Shown here piece after piece: positions 1 through 14,062 of a DNA stretch of 64,000 bases. The translations under genes and the position numbers were made by a program. Below the pieces are notes generated by a model. It had not been told where the DNA came from. It was given only the letters and a program-made list of their open reading frames with translations, and made no database searches. Each line of letters opens with the position of its first letter. Position 1 is the first letter of the stretch. Origin of the DNA: Raillietiella orientalis (Eukaryota); assembly GCA_036172245.1 (NCBI GenBank), contig JAYWIR010000007.1, forward strand, positions 5,270,001 to 5,334,000, written 5' to 3'.

Positions 1-3000
1 CGGTGGGGATAGTAGTAGAGAGACAGTAGTAGATATTAGCAGAGATGGACCTTGGTTAGTAGGAACGCAGCAACAACAGAAAATTACTCGGTTATCAGGG
101 ACTGGGAGTCTTTTTCGACTGGTGTCCATAGCGCCGCCATTCAAGTCGGGCAAAAGCCTGGAGAGCATCGTGCACCAAAGGGTTGAAGAGGTCCCTCAAT
201 CCTCGGTGTCGTTCGTTTCCTCGCAAAGCATCTTCGAAAGATGACCTGGACTGCTGCCGCCGAAGGTTCCGTTCCACAATCCCTCAAGTGACGTTTATTT
301 ACAGCCGACACGTCCCACCACCGACCACGTTCCCTCGCGTCCACTCGTGGCTCCCGCTCCCTTATCACGCATTTGTTCTCACTCGTGCAAGGAAATTGCG
401 ATCTTTTCAGCCCCGCATCCGACCGATTTCGCCTCTGCCTTTTCGAAATCTGACCGATTGCGAACACGACCGAACGGGCAAAAGAAAAGGGCAAGTTCTC
501 TGTAGTCGGCGAAAGCACGAAAATCGTTCCAACGAGGAACGCTCGTAATGTCGGCGCGTCACAAGCCTTTCAGGAGAGATGAAAGCAAACCCTTTGCCCG
601 AACCCTTTGAATTCCCGGGCGTATCCTTTGATTATCTCCTCCCGATCTCACGGGAAGGGTGGGCGGAAGCTCGGGTCGCCTGGATGAACGAGGCGCTGCT
701 CATGGGCGAACTCATTGGCGAAGATTCGGCTACGGGCGCGAGCAGGGAGAACCGGGTCCCTCCCTCTCCTGCCCATCACCCACCCAAGAAGTGGCAACGC
801 CTCGTCATCGACCAACTCCGCAAGGGGCGCCTACCACAGAGCTCCTCCAGGCCGATCACCGGGAAGGAACTTCGCCTGTGAGATGGGAGCAACCGCGGGT
901 CGCTGAGCCTCCATGCACTGGAAAAAGCACGCGCAACGTGTGCTCACATACGGGACGTACGCAGGTAGCCCCACGCGCAAATGGGCTGCACTGAAGGCGG
1001 GTTGTCCGCTCCAAACGAAAGTACCTTTAAGGTGAAAAGGACGTGCTTAATGGCTGCGTGTTCGTGTGCCTCCCATCTAATCGGAAATGTTCGGTCGCTC
1101 CTCCACCCTCCCCGCTTCCCCTTGACCGAAATTCCTCCACATGTTTTCAGTGCACGTTTCCAAGGAAATAAAAGAGATTTCCATAGGTGTATATTTTTCC
1201 TGATGGTATTGAATGAGTGATGATGAATGCGGATCACGTTTCCCATTATCGGATGCGACTCGCAGCGTGGAAACTCCAGCTTCCAAAATTTGGCCCACAC
1301 CAAGTGGCTGGGAGAAAGCCTTCTTCTGCAAAGGGAGAAAGGACCGCATGTTCGAAACCAAAGACCGAGGGCATGAAGACCCGAAGAGCATCGAAGCACA
1401 ACGAAAGCAGCAAGGAGTCTTCGTTCTTCGGCTACCGACAAGCACGCCCGTCAGGAGCAAACGGACACCGACGTGGTTGGTAGACGCTGCCTGTGGTTGC
1501 AACCGTCTGACTTCTTTTGCGAGTCGGATAGGGGGAAGGCATACTTCTTGAGGTCGATCGATCGACCCGGACAAGTGCTTTCAGGAACGGTTTCGCGAGA
1601 GGTGAAAGATGGGACGTGGTAGGAACAGGTGGCATCTGTGGAAACGTTTCTCAAGCAGCACGGTGGTAGAACGAGATCACCACCGAAACGTGGTGACCAC
1701 ATGGATCCACTTGTACTTACCAAGGCATTCTGATATCCGTCGGTACGGTACCAGAAGACAACTAAGAGGCTTTTCTTTTATACGGTTTTTCCATGCTTTT
1801 GGCAGAAGAAAGGGCAACGCATCAACGGAGCACACGAATCAGAAAGATACGTCGAAGTTATGAGCCCCAAACACGCGTTGTTGCAGTTTCAGCGCAAGGG
1901 CTATTCTGGATGCCGACGTGAAGAAAATTTTGAAAAGCACCTTCAGTAAAGAAAAAAAAAAAGAAGTGCGCACGCACGATTCCTTCCGTCTTCCTCTCTC
2001 CCACGCTGGAATGAGCGAGGAATAGCGCACGAAGATGTGCTACGCACGCAGTACCACCCTGCAGTCTTCGGCTCGTGAAACTGGACGTCAATGGCGCATG
2101 GCCGGTCTTCCTCCCCGAGCCAGCAGCCCTCACCTGGCACGTCGGTGACCGAGGTGCAATTTGACGAAATGAAGGCTCTCGAACAGTGGAAATTCGGTGA
2201 AGCGTCCGCGGAGCACTCAACGCGTTTGTGCAGCAGAAGAGCTGCAGAAGGGCTCGGGGACAGACGTCGGCCTGTCGACATAACAAATTCCAGAAGGGTC
2301 TTTCAACACAAGATGGGTTCGTTCTTGGTTCATGAAACAGACATTCCTGTATCAAACCTTCATGACTTCCCTCAAGGTGGCCATTTGTCATTACCTCAAA
2401 ACACGGAGGCGCGTGCGTTAACGAATTTCGCAGCTGACAAGAATCGCCTTCCGACGTTCAAAGAACCCAAAGGAAACCGAATCCGGAAAGGGAAGGGGAG
2501 GGCAAAACGGGATTAGCGGACGGGCACGGAACGACTCTGCGTGCGTTTGAGATAGGCGGGCCATCTGCACCGCCTTCGCAATCGACATGCGCGGCTGGCC
2601 GACAGAACCCGCCGTGAGCAAAAAGTCAAGTGGCAGCAGCGCAGCAAACCTTTGCCTCCTCTGGTCGCATCTGCGGCGCTCTCGCACACCGGCGTGGCGC
2701 CCGTTTCCCTGTCTCTGAGATCCTCGTTGGGTGTTTTGAAGAAATCCATCCGGAAGTCATCGGCGTGCTTCTTCCCCTCCTGAAAGAATGTTTCAGTTTT
2801 TTTTTTTTTGTTTTTTTCCTTTCCTGTCCCTCTCTCTTATTTCACATGAAACCTACGGCGCAGGCGGCCGCGTCTCTGGCAGATCTCGCGGCTGACCCGC
2901 GGACAATTGGAGCGCGGCGATTCAAAGCGCGTGCGCAGAAAAGTTTTTTTCGAAAAACTTTTGCCAAAGCTGCGGTGGCAGCCGGAGTGAGTTTGTGGTC

Positions 3001-6000
3001 GCGCGCCCACCTTACCACACTGCCACGTGTCAACTGCAGCATATGCAGCAGCGGCAGGTAACCCTTTTGTCGCAATGGGCCACGGCTCGGGATTATGGAT
3101 GGATGCTTAAGAAGACTTCGTCAGCGTCCACAACGTGGATGCCCAAGAAACGGCCTTAGCATGCTGACTGTGTTCTCTTCCCGTTAACCAATTATAATGC
3201 GTTAACCAATTATAGTCCTCGCGCTCGTGAATTTTAGAACATTCCAGCACACCCACTCTCCAAGATGGTAGGAAACGCCTTCGTTGCTCCTGTGGGAGCT
3301 TTCCACACGAAGTGTAGAACTGCTGCCCACACAGAAATTAGAATCACAACGCAATGCTAGGATACCACATGTGCAGTACGCCGCGCATGACGATCTCTTG
3401 AAACAGACGTACAAAGGGACACAAGGATTACGCGCCGTCAACCCTTACGTGACGAGACACTTCAAAGAGGCGTTTGTCAACACGTCTGTTTTCTTTCAGA
3501 CGAACCGTTTGCGAAAATCAAAACAAAGGAAACGAATGGCCACCTTATCCATCATTCACTGATCTATAAATGTATCCAGGCACGCATATGTGTTTACTTG
3601 TACATGCTTGCCTTGTAGGAACGCACACGCGTTGTGTACGCATTTTCTGGTTGCACTTTTCTTCTTATCGCGTCATGACGTTTCCGGTGGGGGAAGGAGG
3701 GGGGAAGGAACCGCTGTCCATGGGTAGTGAACGCTGCTTAACAAATCGTTCCGTGCAATCGTAGGCCCGTACCGAAAAGGAAGTTCAGTTCACTTTGGGG
3801 ATCGTTCGCACGGGAGGGCAACCGCCCATTCTCCCGAACCCATTCTTCAGCCCTTCTGCCGCCGCAGCTTTCCCATCCCTGAAACGTGGTACTACGGATC
3901 GTGATGGGTACTTTAGCGCCCCGGGCGCTACGCGTTCGGTGCAAGGAGCCAGCGCGATGGAGCCAGCGATGTTGCCTATCCGCAGATGCCGGCGTGAGCT
4001 GTAATCAAAGGCGTCCGCGTAATGAGTACGGGCGAAGACGAAACGTCCGACCAGCAAAATCCCTCGATCCCGAGGTGAGCCAAACAAAAACTAACAGATA
4101 ATTAAAAGAGGGAAGAAGAAGAAGAAAACTGCGCATGATGAATCAACGCATGCGGGAATCGATCTTCAACGCATGATCAACGCGACCACGCCCATCAACT
4201 GCATCACGCCGTTCTGGTCCGAGAGAATACATCAACGTACACATACAGTATACACACTTTGCTTGCTTGAAAAAAGAACAGCTTTACGGCCGCGCGTTTT
4301 CGAATGCCAGAGATGTTCTGACGGGAACTCCGAAGAGGGAAGTGGGCCACAAAGTAAATGAAGCGGCGAAACGGGCGAGGGCCAGAAAGCATCCCCCCGT
4401 TGAAGTGAGCCACACGCACACGCAGGCCCCCTCCGCCCACACAGGAAGAGCACACGCACTGCAAACCAAGGAGCTTGCGCTGGAAGCCAGGGAGACTGCA
4501 CGATTCCCTCGACCCAGACGAAAAGGGGAGACAGGAATGCCTTCGCTGCATTAGAAATTGATACCTGGAAGATGTACCAAGCAGCTTCCCCACTAGCCGA
4601 CTGGGAACTGGAGCGAAAAATTCGTCCGTTAACGAAGGAAAAATCTCTTGCGTTTGGCACGGAGGAGACGCCCTGGAATCTTTGATGACGACCAGCACCT
4701 ACGCGGCAGAGCGCGCGCCAGCACCGTTCCAGACCAAAAGTTACCCGGGCATCTTCCAGCCTGGTGGACAACCAACCTCCTGCTCCGCAGGGAGGACCGT
4801 GGAGATCTTCGCCCTTCTGATTTACGACGCGGGTATCGGAGCAGGCTCGCCGGAGAACGCCGAGCGCAACGAGCGGACCGCCGCCTGCAGCGAAAGCGCG
4901 AGGAGACCCTGAAGACGTTCCGGAAGGGAAAGAACCGAGGCGCACGGGAAGATAGGGAGGAGGCCGATGCGATGACATGACAGGCGCACCCGGCACCCCT
5001 AGTGGAATCCCAGAGTCCCGTGTTCCTGTGGGGAAGCGAACGAGCGGGAACGCCGTGCTTGCAACGGAGGTCACATCACCACGGATCGCGTCACCAAGGG
5101 GCCAAACAACCGAAAGCAGCCGCGAACCGTCTCTCTGGCAACTTCCTGTGATGATCAGCGAGAAGCTCCGACTCGCCCCTACTGCTCCCCCTAACACCTG
5201 GTTGCGTCCTGGTGATTTTTCCGCCCGCCTCCCCTGATTACCTCCTGGTCTTTCTTAACCGTCCTCGGGATGACGGAGATGACGAGAAGACCCGTCTTTC
5301 CGGATTTGCACTCCCAGCTCGGAGGTGCAAGCTGCGGGTGGAAAGAAGGCCTGGAAGATCGCACCAGGGCAACCACCGATACCGAGCCAGGTGCATCCGC
5401 CTCCACGATCGGCGAAAAGTGGGCCCCGCCGTCCGGGATCCTCGCCGGCACCGGAAGTCGTTCGCCATCTTGAGGAAAGTTGGCACCGCGCTGCCGACGC
5501 GGAAGCTTCCGACGACGTGGTGACCGCAGAAACCCCCCACTCTTCTGCGCCCCTCGTCTATCCGACTGAAAAGAATGGTGTCCTCGCTTCCTCTGTCCGT
5601 GAGTGACGTCCTGGACCTTCGCAAACTGGCCCCACTATTCGGGGCAGGAAACCTTCACGTTGTCAGCCACCCCATTGACCCTGAGCTTTCATACCCTCCC
5701 CCCACCTCCCTGCATCGGATCCTGGCCCGTTCGCTTTTGGTTCTGTCTTGTGCGATCCCGCGCAGACGGAAAAGCTCACTTTGGCATTCGGATTCTCTTT
5801 CCGCTCTGCTCATCCGCCACCAAGACGTACGGTTCTGCTTTTGACTCTCGTGTCCTCGTGGTGCTTCGAAGAATGACGAGTTCTGGTGTTTCTGAGACAT
5901 CAGCGAAGCGGAGGCCAAAGAGCGGGATGTTTCTTGACGCCATCTTGCGAAGCGGAGGGCACTTGCGAGAGTCTTCTTTCTTCCCGGAGCAGGTGGGTTC

Positions 6001-7558
6001 CTGGAAATCAGCTGTCCGAAAGGATAGACCGAAACGGATGGTGCCCGGTGTGCAGCCTCCGGGCTCGAAGCACGAAAAGGCGAAAGGATGGAGAAAAAAC
6101 AACATTGCCCATTCGCCGACAGGCAAAAGAATGACGAGGACGGTACTCCGCTGAAGACCTCAGGGCGCAAGGTGCGGGCATATTCTGGGGAACATCATAC
6201 CCCACTAGAAGAGTGATCGTACATACAGAAGAAAAGAGTGTCCGCCACTGGTCGACGGGATGGGGATGGATTGCCGGTAATGCAGAGCTGCATTCCAGGA
6301 CTCGAGAACTCGATCCAGGGACAAAAGAAGAACGGCATGTGACGCAGCACGTCGACAAGTCGCGAACGACCGAAAGCTGAAAACAAGAAGAACCGGAAGA
6401 AACAACCCTACGCAGCGAGCAAAGTCCAACATGAGGGATCATCGGGAAGCGACAAGAGCGCCAAGCTGCCGCTCTGAGTTCGGACGGGACCGGCTCGGCG
6501 GAAACTCCAATCTGATCCTGCTGATCGGCGCCGATAGGCTCAACGCACCACGGCCGATCAGGGAACCGTCGTACCGCACCACATCTCTCAGAAAGGATGG
6601 ATGGGAAGAGAACTAAACCGGGAAGCTGATTCGCAAATGTTCTACGCGCACATATCTTAAGACTTGAGATGGCGGGGAAAGAGAACTGGTACTTGGTCCG
6701 CTGCTGGAAGACTCGCCGAGCGATCAACCGAAAATTCCAAGTGACATCCACAAGGGAGCTGTTCGGCCTTCAAAGATGCATCTAGACTGCGCAAGACAGC
6801 CACGTCCGCCGCCGGTGCACAAGGCACGCCATCGCAAAGATGCCCCTGGCCTGCGCAAGCTGGCCGGATATCGGATTGCCACGCCAGGCGCAACGTGACA
6901 GATGGACGCCCGCTCCAAAGTTCGCAGCGGACGCGCAAGACGGTGAACAGATCCGGGAAGTATCCCCCCAGCTTTGGGCATCGCGGATGACCAGAGACAG
7001 AACCGGACGATTGCGGAAGTGCGTCTCCCCCAGGTTTGGGTTTCATGGCGAGTGGATGGAAAATTCCTTGACGACGATGCAACAACAAGTTATCCAAAGG
7101 CTTTCAGAAAGCCATGCCAGAAGAAAAATATCTGATTGATTCGAAGCATTCTGTTCATTGGTTCAGAGACCAGTAGAAAGCTTAGGAGACCCGGGGTTTA
7201 GAACGGTCTCGGAAATGTTCTGCACACGTCGGGATAGCACCAGCCGTCGCTCTGAAGATCGGCCAAGAGAACGCACGGGGTCACAGGAGATCGCAGGATC
7301 GCACACCGCACGAAGGTCGATTCAAACAAGCAAAAAATGTGTGCGGCGGAGCAGCAGCAAGACAAAACAAGAATAAAACGGATTCGATAAGTGTGCGACG
7401 TGCGCAAAGGGAAGAAGTGTTCCGGGATAGCAACCGTCCCTTCAACGACGTACAGAGATTCCCCCTTCTGACAACGTGTGATTTTGGGGGTATCGCTGCC
7501 AAAAAGTCCCGGAACGTGCGAATCCCGAGCTGGACGCATTCGGCTTTTGTATTTACAG

Positions 7559-7821
7559 AAACAGAATGCCTTCAGTTCCGTAGCAACTTGACCGACGACG
7601 GTGATGCCCTCTCAGGTAGCTCTTGGGAAGATATTTGGGAGGGGTACGAGAGGGGAACCATCTACATTCAAACAAATTTCTCAGGGACTCCTCATAGTAG
7701 GAAACCCAACGTATCTTCTGTTCAACGCGAATATCTGTATATGTTCCCGTTCGTCGGCATTCCACAGAACGAGCAAGTGCTCGCAGAGATACTCGAGATG
7801 AACCCAAGTCTGATCGTGTAA
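7559..7821 (+). CDS. Possible terminal exon of an unidentified plus-strand gene
   Basis: TTTTGTATTTACAG acceptor followed by an open frame to TAA with protein-like composition (…SWEDIWEGYERGTIYIQTNF…YLYMFPFVGIPQNEQVLAEILEMNPSLIV*). No family recognised and no upstream exon found. Confidence 0.25.
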
Positions 7822-9582
7822 TTCCATGAATGCACAACGACTGCGGATCTTTCTTTGCGCTCTGGACTGGCCGCCCGGTGCTGGGAAGAAAAAGCCCTGA
7901 CATCATGAGTCGCACATGAAAACGAAAACAAGGAATCCACTCAGATCATCTTGCTTGCTCAACACGGAAAGGGAGGAGAAGCAGTGGATTCCCGGAGCAT
8001 TTCCCGTAAGTGAACTTCCAGCACGTGCTAGAAACTGCCTCCGCGCTTCTTTTGGAGAGGGACGCGCTATCGTGTTCGGATCGTTTTCTGAATTTCGCAA
8101 ACTTCGAGCGGCATCCGCGACAGGTCCACCACCAACAGCCCACGAGGTCCACACGCGCGCGTGCATCCCTTGCATCAGCAGCTGCTGCTCCGCAACCCGA
8201 AATCACTACCGGATAATCGATAAAGACGATCAATTCATCATAATTTCATCAGCAAAAAGCAAACAATCCTCTCATGATGCCGGTCACGAAACGGTAAATA
8301 AATACGGAGCGTCTCCTCCCTGCAACAAAGATCTGAGATCCATTTGCCGATTATGTATTCCATTAACATTTTAGCGTCCGAGTAGGGGAAGCGCGTCCCA
8401 TACCTGGACCTCTCAAGTGCCGCATGAAACTCCCGGCCATTCCGAGAATGACGAATTCGACTTGCCTTTGGTGTTCGCGACACACACACACACACCGCCC
8501 ACGCGAGCGACGGACACACCGTTCAAAGAGAGAGAGGGGGAGCATCGAGGGGACGATTTCCTCTCTCCCCTTTCTTCCCGTCTCCGGCGCCCTCGCCCGC
8601 CAACGCTACCCTGAAAGGAAGCGCGCCTGCGCTCTGTGCGCACAGGTCCGATGCGTCGCTAGGCAGCCGTGCGGCGAGCAACTCGTGCGCTTTGCGAAAC
8701 GGATGCTGCTACAAGCTGCTGATGCACGGAAGATTTCAAAAGGAAAGATCGTGCAGGGTTTCCTGTAATTGCGACACCACCTGCCAGCCAACTGTGTGGC
8801 ACGGGTGCACTCTCAGCCGTCGTTAGCATCAGTTCGGAATGAGCGAAAGGGGGGAAGAAGAAGAAGAAAAAAACCAAAAAAATAGAGGAGGAGCAACAGG
8901 AGAAGGGAGGGAAGAACAAGCGACTTTGATTCCAAACACACACACACACACACGAAAGGCAGTAAGGCGATTAATACGAGGAAGTTTCGGGCTTTACGGA
9001 TGTCCTCTGGCAATACACGCGCGCACACACCAATGCGGCCGATGTCATATACTGGTGCCACAATATCGAAAATCTACTTCATAGTGAGACGAAGGATTCG
9101 TGCACCTTTTTCTGAGGATCTCGCAGCTGACACGGGAGGACACCGTTTTGGAAGGCTCTCCATCTGCTACACAAAAGACAAGGGCATCCAGAAGTGCTGA
9201 CCGGCAACCGAAAGGGATGAAACGATCTGAACCTCTCCTTCCTTTCGTCCGGCATTCCAAAATGGAATCCGGGGAGAACCCACCTCCCGTTCTCCGGACC
9301 TGTGGACCATCCGCACTTTCATGCTGCACGCCCCGTTCCTGCACCACTCTCGAAAAATTGCCCCAGGCTTTCCACGCACCTTGAAAAAACTTTGCACATC
9401 GTTACGTGCGCTTGGCATGCAGCCTCCCTCGGACAAACGGAAGCCATCAGCAACCCATCCTCGTGTGGCGAAAGGTGTGGATGCTGCAAATACTGGAAAA
9501 CTGATGACTTCGCCCGGACTCTAATCAGATCTCAATGAGGTCAAGTTGATGTAAGCACGAAGGCACGGAGGCAGATTTTCTT

Positions 9583-9618
<36 letters not shown>

Positions 9619-10082
9619 GACGATCCACCACTGGCTAACGTGGTCGGGCGCACTCCCGGAATTCGCGACGCTTCGTGATTCACGGTGATCTTCGAACGGA
9701 ACCGCGTCCACGGCAACGGGCCAAGGAGAAAACGCATTCATCTCCGTAGCGAGTTGCTTTCGGGCAGTCGGCACGAAGGTGGGCGAAGCCATGGTCTCGT
9801 TCGCCGCACTTCGGGATGCGCTCGTCTCAGGGATTTGCGGCGGACGCAGAAAGGCAGAGAACAAGACAGACATCTTCGCCCACTTGGGCTGAAAACGGAA
9901 CCCGCGGCCCGTCATCAACACTCGACGAAAACGGATGGAACCAGCGCGAGGTGTTTCACAAGTTGCAGATAGCGGTCGACGCGGCGGCGGCATTCTGCGA
10001 GACCCCCCCCCCCCAAAAGAAAAGAAAAAAAAAACGCTCCGCACCACTTTCGGCGCGGAGATCCCGAGTCTCGGAAACGCAC

Positions 10083-10431
10083 CTTCTGGAATGGCATCCT
10101 CGCGTCTTTCGCGCCCTCCAAAGCTTCTGGTGTCTTTTCGGAGCCTGCGCTTTCCTGCAAGCCCAGGTGCGAAGTCCTCCCGATACGATGGCTCTTCTCC
10201 AACGTTAGGATTTTCTCCTCCACCTCACGTATGTTGCACTGCAGCGCCAACAGCATCTGCATTGCAACCGAAATCCATGAGCGTCAGCTCGGATGAAATG
10301 AAGCCAAAAGCCATTACCTTTTCCATCTCAGTCTTCAGCTCCGCGTGCACAGAGCAGCCCATGGGGTCGTCGAATTGTTGTTCACAGCAGAAGAGTGCCT
10401 TCTTATGCTCAGTGCCTTCCTCATAGATCAT
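10083..10431 (-). CDS. DMD: Two probable distal dystrophin rod exons (10431-10318 and 10256-10083)
   Basis: Phase-0 exons of 114 and 174 nt separated by a 61-nt GTAATG...GCAG intron. MIYEEGTEHKKALF...AELKTEMEK|MLLALQCNIREVEEKILTLEK completes a spectrin-like repeat begun in the 11.5-kb exon; ends in donor AAG|GTGCGT. Confidence 0.6.
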
Positions 10432-10830
10432 CTAATGGTAAACACATTCATGAAAACCATTGAAAGGGAAAGAAATTCGCTCGAGTTCGACTGCAGCAAT
10501 AGTGTGCGCGCGTAATGGTGTTCGGTTCCAACGCAGTACGCAAGAAAATTGCCCCGAAGGGATCGAAACGAACGGAAGCAGGAGCAGTGGGTCTCCGAGA
10601 TACCGAAAAACGACGGCTGGAAAAAATCTTCGAGCGAGAGATGACATTCCTTCCTTCTTTCGAGTGCTCCGGTCAGTGAAGACGCCCGATCTCGCGGAGG
10701 ACGCCGGTCCCGTGTCAAACAGGTCGGAAGGAACGATGAAGCAGTTGTGCACCACGTCGGGAAGAAAAGAAACGAGGCGGTGAGTCCCCGATCACCTTCG
10801 TTTCAACAGCAGAATCCTTTTTTTTGTTTT

Positions 10831-10851
10831 TGTGTGTGTGTGTGTGTGTGT
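10831..10851. repeat. (TG)n microsatellite
   Basis: About 10 TG units. Confidence 0.95.
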
Positions 10852-11480
10852 TTTTTGACCACAGTAGAGTAACCCATTTGTGAGCCTGCATGCTCGAGGA
10901 ACGCCCGCTTCAGGAGACAGAAACGGGAGACGGGGAATCAGGTGATCGTGAGCTCACGACCGGGACGAAGGCAAAGCGCAGCATCCTGGGACCGCCTCGT
11001 CTCGGGGAAGGGGGCGAAGAATCCCTTCGGTGTCTTTGCCCTTCGCGTGATCGGAGAAACAACAAACTGGTTCGGCCCATGCAAAGGCGAGCGGGCGAGC
11101 TGTGCGAGGCGAACGGGAGAGACACGCGATCGCTCGATGCCACGGAAACAGAGCAGGGCGGGACAGGGCGCAGCAGCAGATTACACAAGAGCAAAACAAT
11201 CATTCGGAACGGATCAAAAAGGAACGGACTGGTGGGTTGCGAGGGTGGGGAAGAGCGTGAGACGCGCGATGTGTCGATGAGCGAGACGGGGGGGGGAGGG
11301 GGAAGCCGTAAATACGCCCGAGGACAGAGAGCTGAGCCTTTAGGTCAAGTCGGGCTTCGGCAACGGCAGCCTCGTAGACTTCGGCTCTGAAAAATGAAAC
11401 CACCTTTCCAGGCGGTTTCCCGGGTTTAAAGGAACCCGCAGGAATGTACGATTTGGAATAAGAACTGAGACCTCGATCAC

Positions 11481-11616
11481 CTTCAAGGCAATGATGTGGT
11501 GCTTTAATTCCTCCAAGTTAAAATACCTCCGCTGGGATAGGCATTGGTGAGCTCGAAACAACCACCTCTTCATCCTGGATACATTGGTGGTGATGCCGAT
11601 CTTCTTATCGGTGGTT
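11481..11616 (-). CDS. DMD: Probable distal dystrophin rod exon (spectrin repeat helix A/B)
   Basis: Strong pyrimidine tract plus CAG acceptor; phase 2 matches the donor at 15821 (AG|GTAAC). Encodes TTDKKIGITTNVSRMKRWLFRAHQCLSQRRYFNLEELKHHIIALK with the spectrin-type helix A Trp. Exon end is 11481, or alternatively 11472. Confidence 0.65.
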
Positions 11617-14027
11617 CTGTTGGAAATTGAAAAGAAAAAATAAGGACAAAAGTTACTGTCGGATGAAACTCAATCGCGATTTACAAGAGCATCCGCATAA
11701 CTGCGCGCGCACATCGCTTTCACAGGAAGATTGATCCCCGGAAGGTGTTTGTTTCTCAGCGGTCAGCAAGGCTCGGGCGGACAGTCGCAAGAGACACTCA
11801 CCGCGCCGCCAATCGCAGCAGGATCACGGCGTTCAGATTTCCGGGAAAGGAAGCCAAAAATCGACGCAACCTCCACTCGAGGAAAACATGCAAACCCACC
11901 GAATACGAATCTGAGAAGGACGGAAGGGGTCACATGCAGAATGTAAACCTCGACGGTTTTTTCAAAGTGGGCATTCCTCATCCGTGGTTCCTCTGTCAGG
12001 GAGGCGAATGCCGCCGCATGAACTTTTTTCGATCAAACTGTCATTTGGTGCACAGAGCGTAGCTGCTAGGACGGACTTTAATCGAGACGACGTACTTCTT
12101 CTTAACCTGAAGCTGGAGTCGTTAACATTTATGCGGTGCAGATGGTCTGTGTTATTTGCATGGACACGCACGCGTTCGACATAAAGTAAGTCACATGGGT
12201 TTCAAGTGAGGATGCGTCGAACATTTTTTTCTTCATCTGACTCCAGGAAAGCGAGCGACGCAAAGCACGGCGAGGGATAATAGGCCAAGGGAACGTGCAG
12301 CCGGCAAGGGCAAGTAAAGAACTGTGAGGGCAGCCGTCGAGGCTTTAGCCCACGCCGGACGTGCTCAGCCCAACCCGTGGTGGACGGGGATGAAGTTTGG
12401 TGCTCAGATTGCAAAAAGGTGAGCTTTTGCTACTGGGAGCGCCGCAGGGCGAACGAAAATGGGCTGTTGCGCTGAGACACCAAGGGAACGCTCAGGTACT
12501 CGCGCCACACATCTTGTACTCCGTAGGAGATACGATGAGGAGGAACGAGGGGATTGCAAAATAGGCACCGAGACTTGAAACTGACCAAGGCAGCGATCCA
12601 ATGTAGAATGGATCGTCTTTTTTGCATGCACACTGATGAATAGCATCCACCGAGAAAAGCAGCGGGAACCAAGAGAAAGAAAAGCATAAAGATGTTTTGG
12701 GTCCGCCGGCCAGCCAGTCACAGCCTGATGCCGTGGTTGGGTAAAGGTACCGCGTACCCATCCACGTACCAGAACAGGGGAGGGTATCTTTGATTCTATC
12801 CAATGGTCATCATCCCATACAGGAATAAAAACAATGAAATGCATTGATATTCCCGATCCGTATCCCGGCTATATTTCCTTCCGAGGTTCGAATCAGACGC
12901 CGGAGGGAGGGTTCAAAGGCACGCCAAACGTTTCGGAGTATCTCTGGTCAGGGAAACCATTTAAAAGGGAACTTCATCAAATGGCGGGAATCCGATTATC
13001 CCTTTATTGTGCCCGAGTTCAACAGTTTCCAGCTCGCAGAAGCACAAAACCCCTCGTTTCCGCGTTCCCCAAGGTATCGGCTGAATTTCACTTTTTCTCA
13101 CACGAGGAAACGATCCGTTTCCAAGGAACGCTCCTTCAAATAGCACCGTAATTGCGATGCTGCTTTCAAATCAGCATTTACTTGCTGCGAGGCGGATGCC
13201 TGTTTGCCGCTCTTTTCCCAAATGTATCTTTACACGGAGCGCCATTTTCCAAGTGCTGTGTGGAGCACTCGCAGCTCGGAAAATACCGCAAATTTAGCAC
13301 GACGCTGTTGTTTTCGTGCGGACCCTCGCCTGCATCAGGAAGGCCTTTAATGGTCGCCGTTCCAGCACGATGCCACCGCGGCAAGGAAGGCGGAAGCAGA
13401 TTGAGGCTTCCCCATCTGCAGATTCGAAGTCGGAAAGGCTGCAGCGCACGCACCAGCTTCCTGCTTTCAACATCTTCCGAACGAAGCCCCGCTGATTAAC
13501 TGGCTCCCTGGATTCCCAAGCGACGCGGGAAAAACGAAATACCTCATCAAACGCTGCACCGATGGAAAAAAAATTCGTGTTCCCGCCGGTCGGTCCTTTA
13601 TTTTTACGCTCGCTTTTTTAGAAAACACAAACACTCGAAAGACGATCACGAAACTTGGAGCGCGTGCTTGTTCTTACAAACGATCACACTTCCCCCCCCC
13701 CCCCCCCCCCCAGGGGCTTCTATCATTTCATCTCTACAGTTCTGTCGAATTGAGGCTTTTCCGGTCGTCGCACTGCCATGCCATTGCGACTTGCACTTTT
13801 CAATTTACAGATGTACTACATTGCAGCACTGACTTGCCAATACTGCAATGTAGTCTGGAATCTTCGTTCGGACGTCACATACTCATCGAGGCTGAAGTCG
13901 TGCTTGCTGGCTGCCTCACCAGCAGCGAGCATACAAACCCAATCCAGCCCGTAGCTCCGTAAAAATACATGGGCTGCTGAGCCAAAACTTGCGTGAAAAC
14001 TAAAATTAGAACCCAATTTTTTACACG

Positions 14028-14029
<2 letters not shown>

Positions 14030-14059
<30 letters not shown>
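14030..14059. repeat. (GT)n microsatellite
   Basis: About 15 uninterrupted GT units. Confidence 0.95.

Positions 14060-14062
<3 letters not shown>

Noticed and set aside
3182..3214. Tandem duplication of CGTTAACCAATTATA
   Set aside because: Only two 15-nt copies; an ordinary slippage duplication, not an array.
11950..13960. Further dystrophin exons or an internal first exon (frames at 11962-12171, 12404-12844, 13816-14016)
   Set aside because: I could not find phase-compatible stop-free exons with recognisable dystrophin similarity; the 15821-to-11616 splice needs none.
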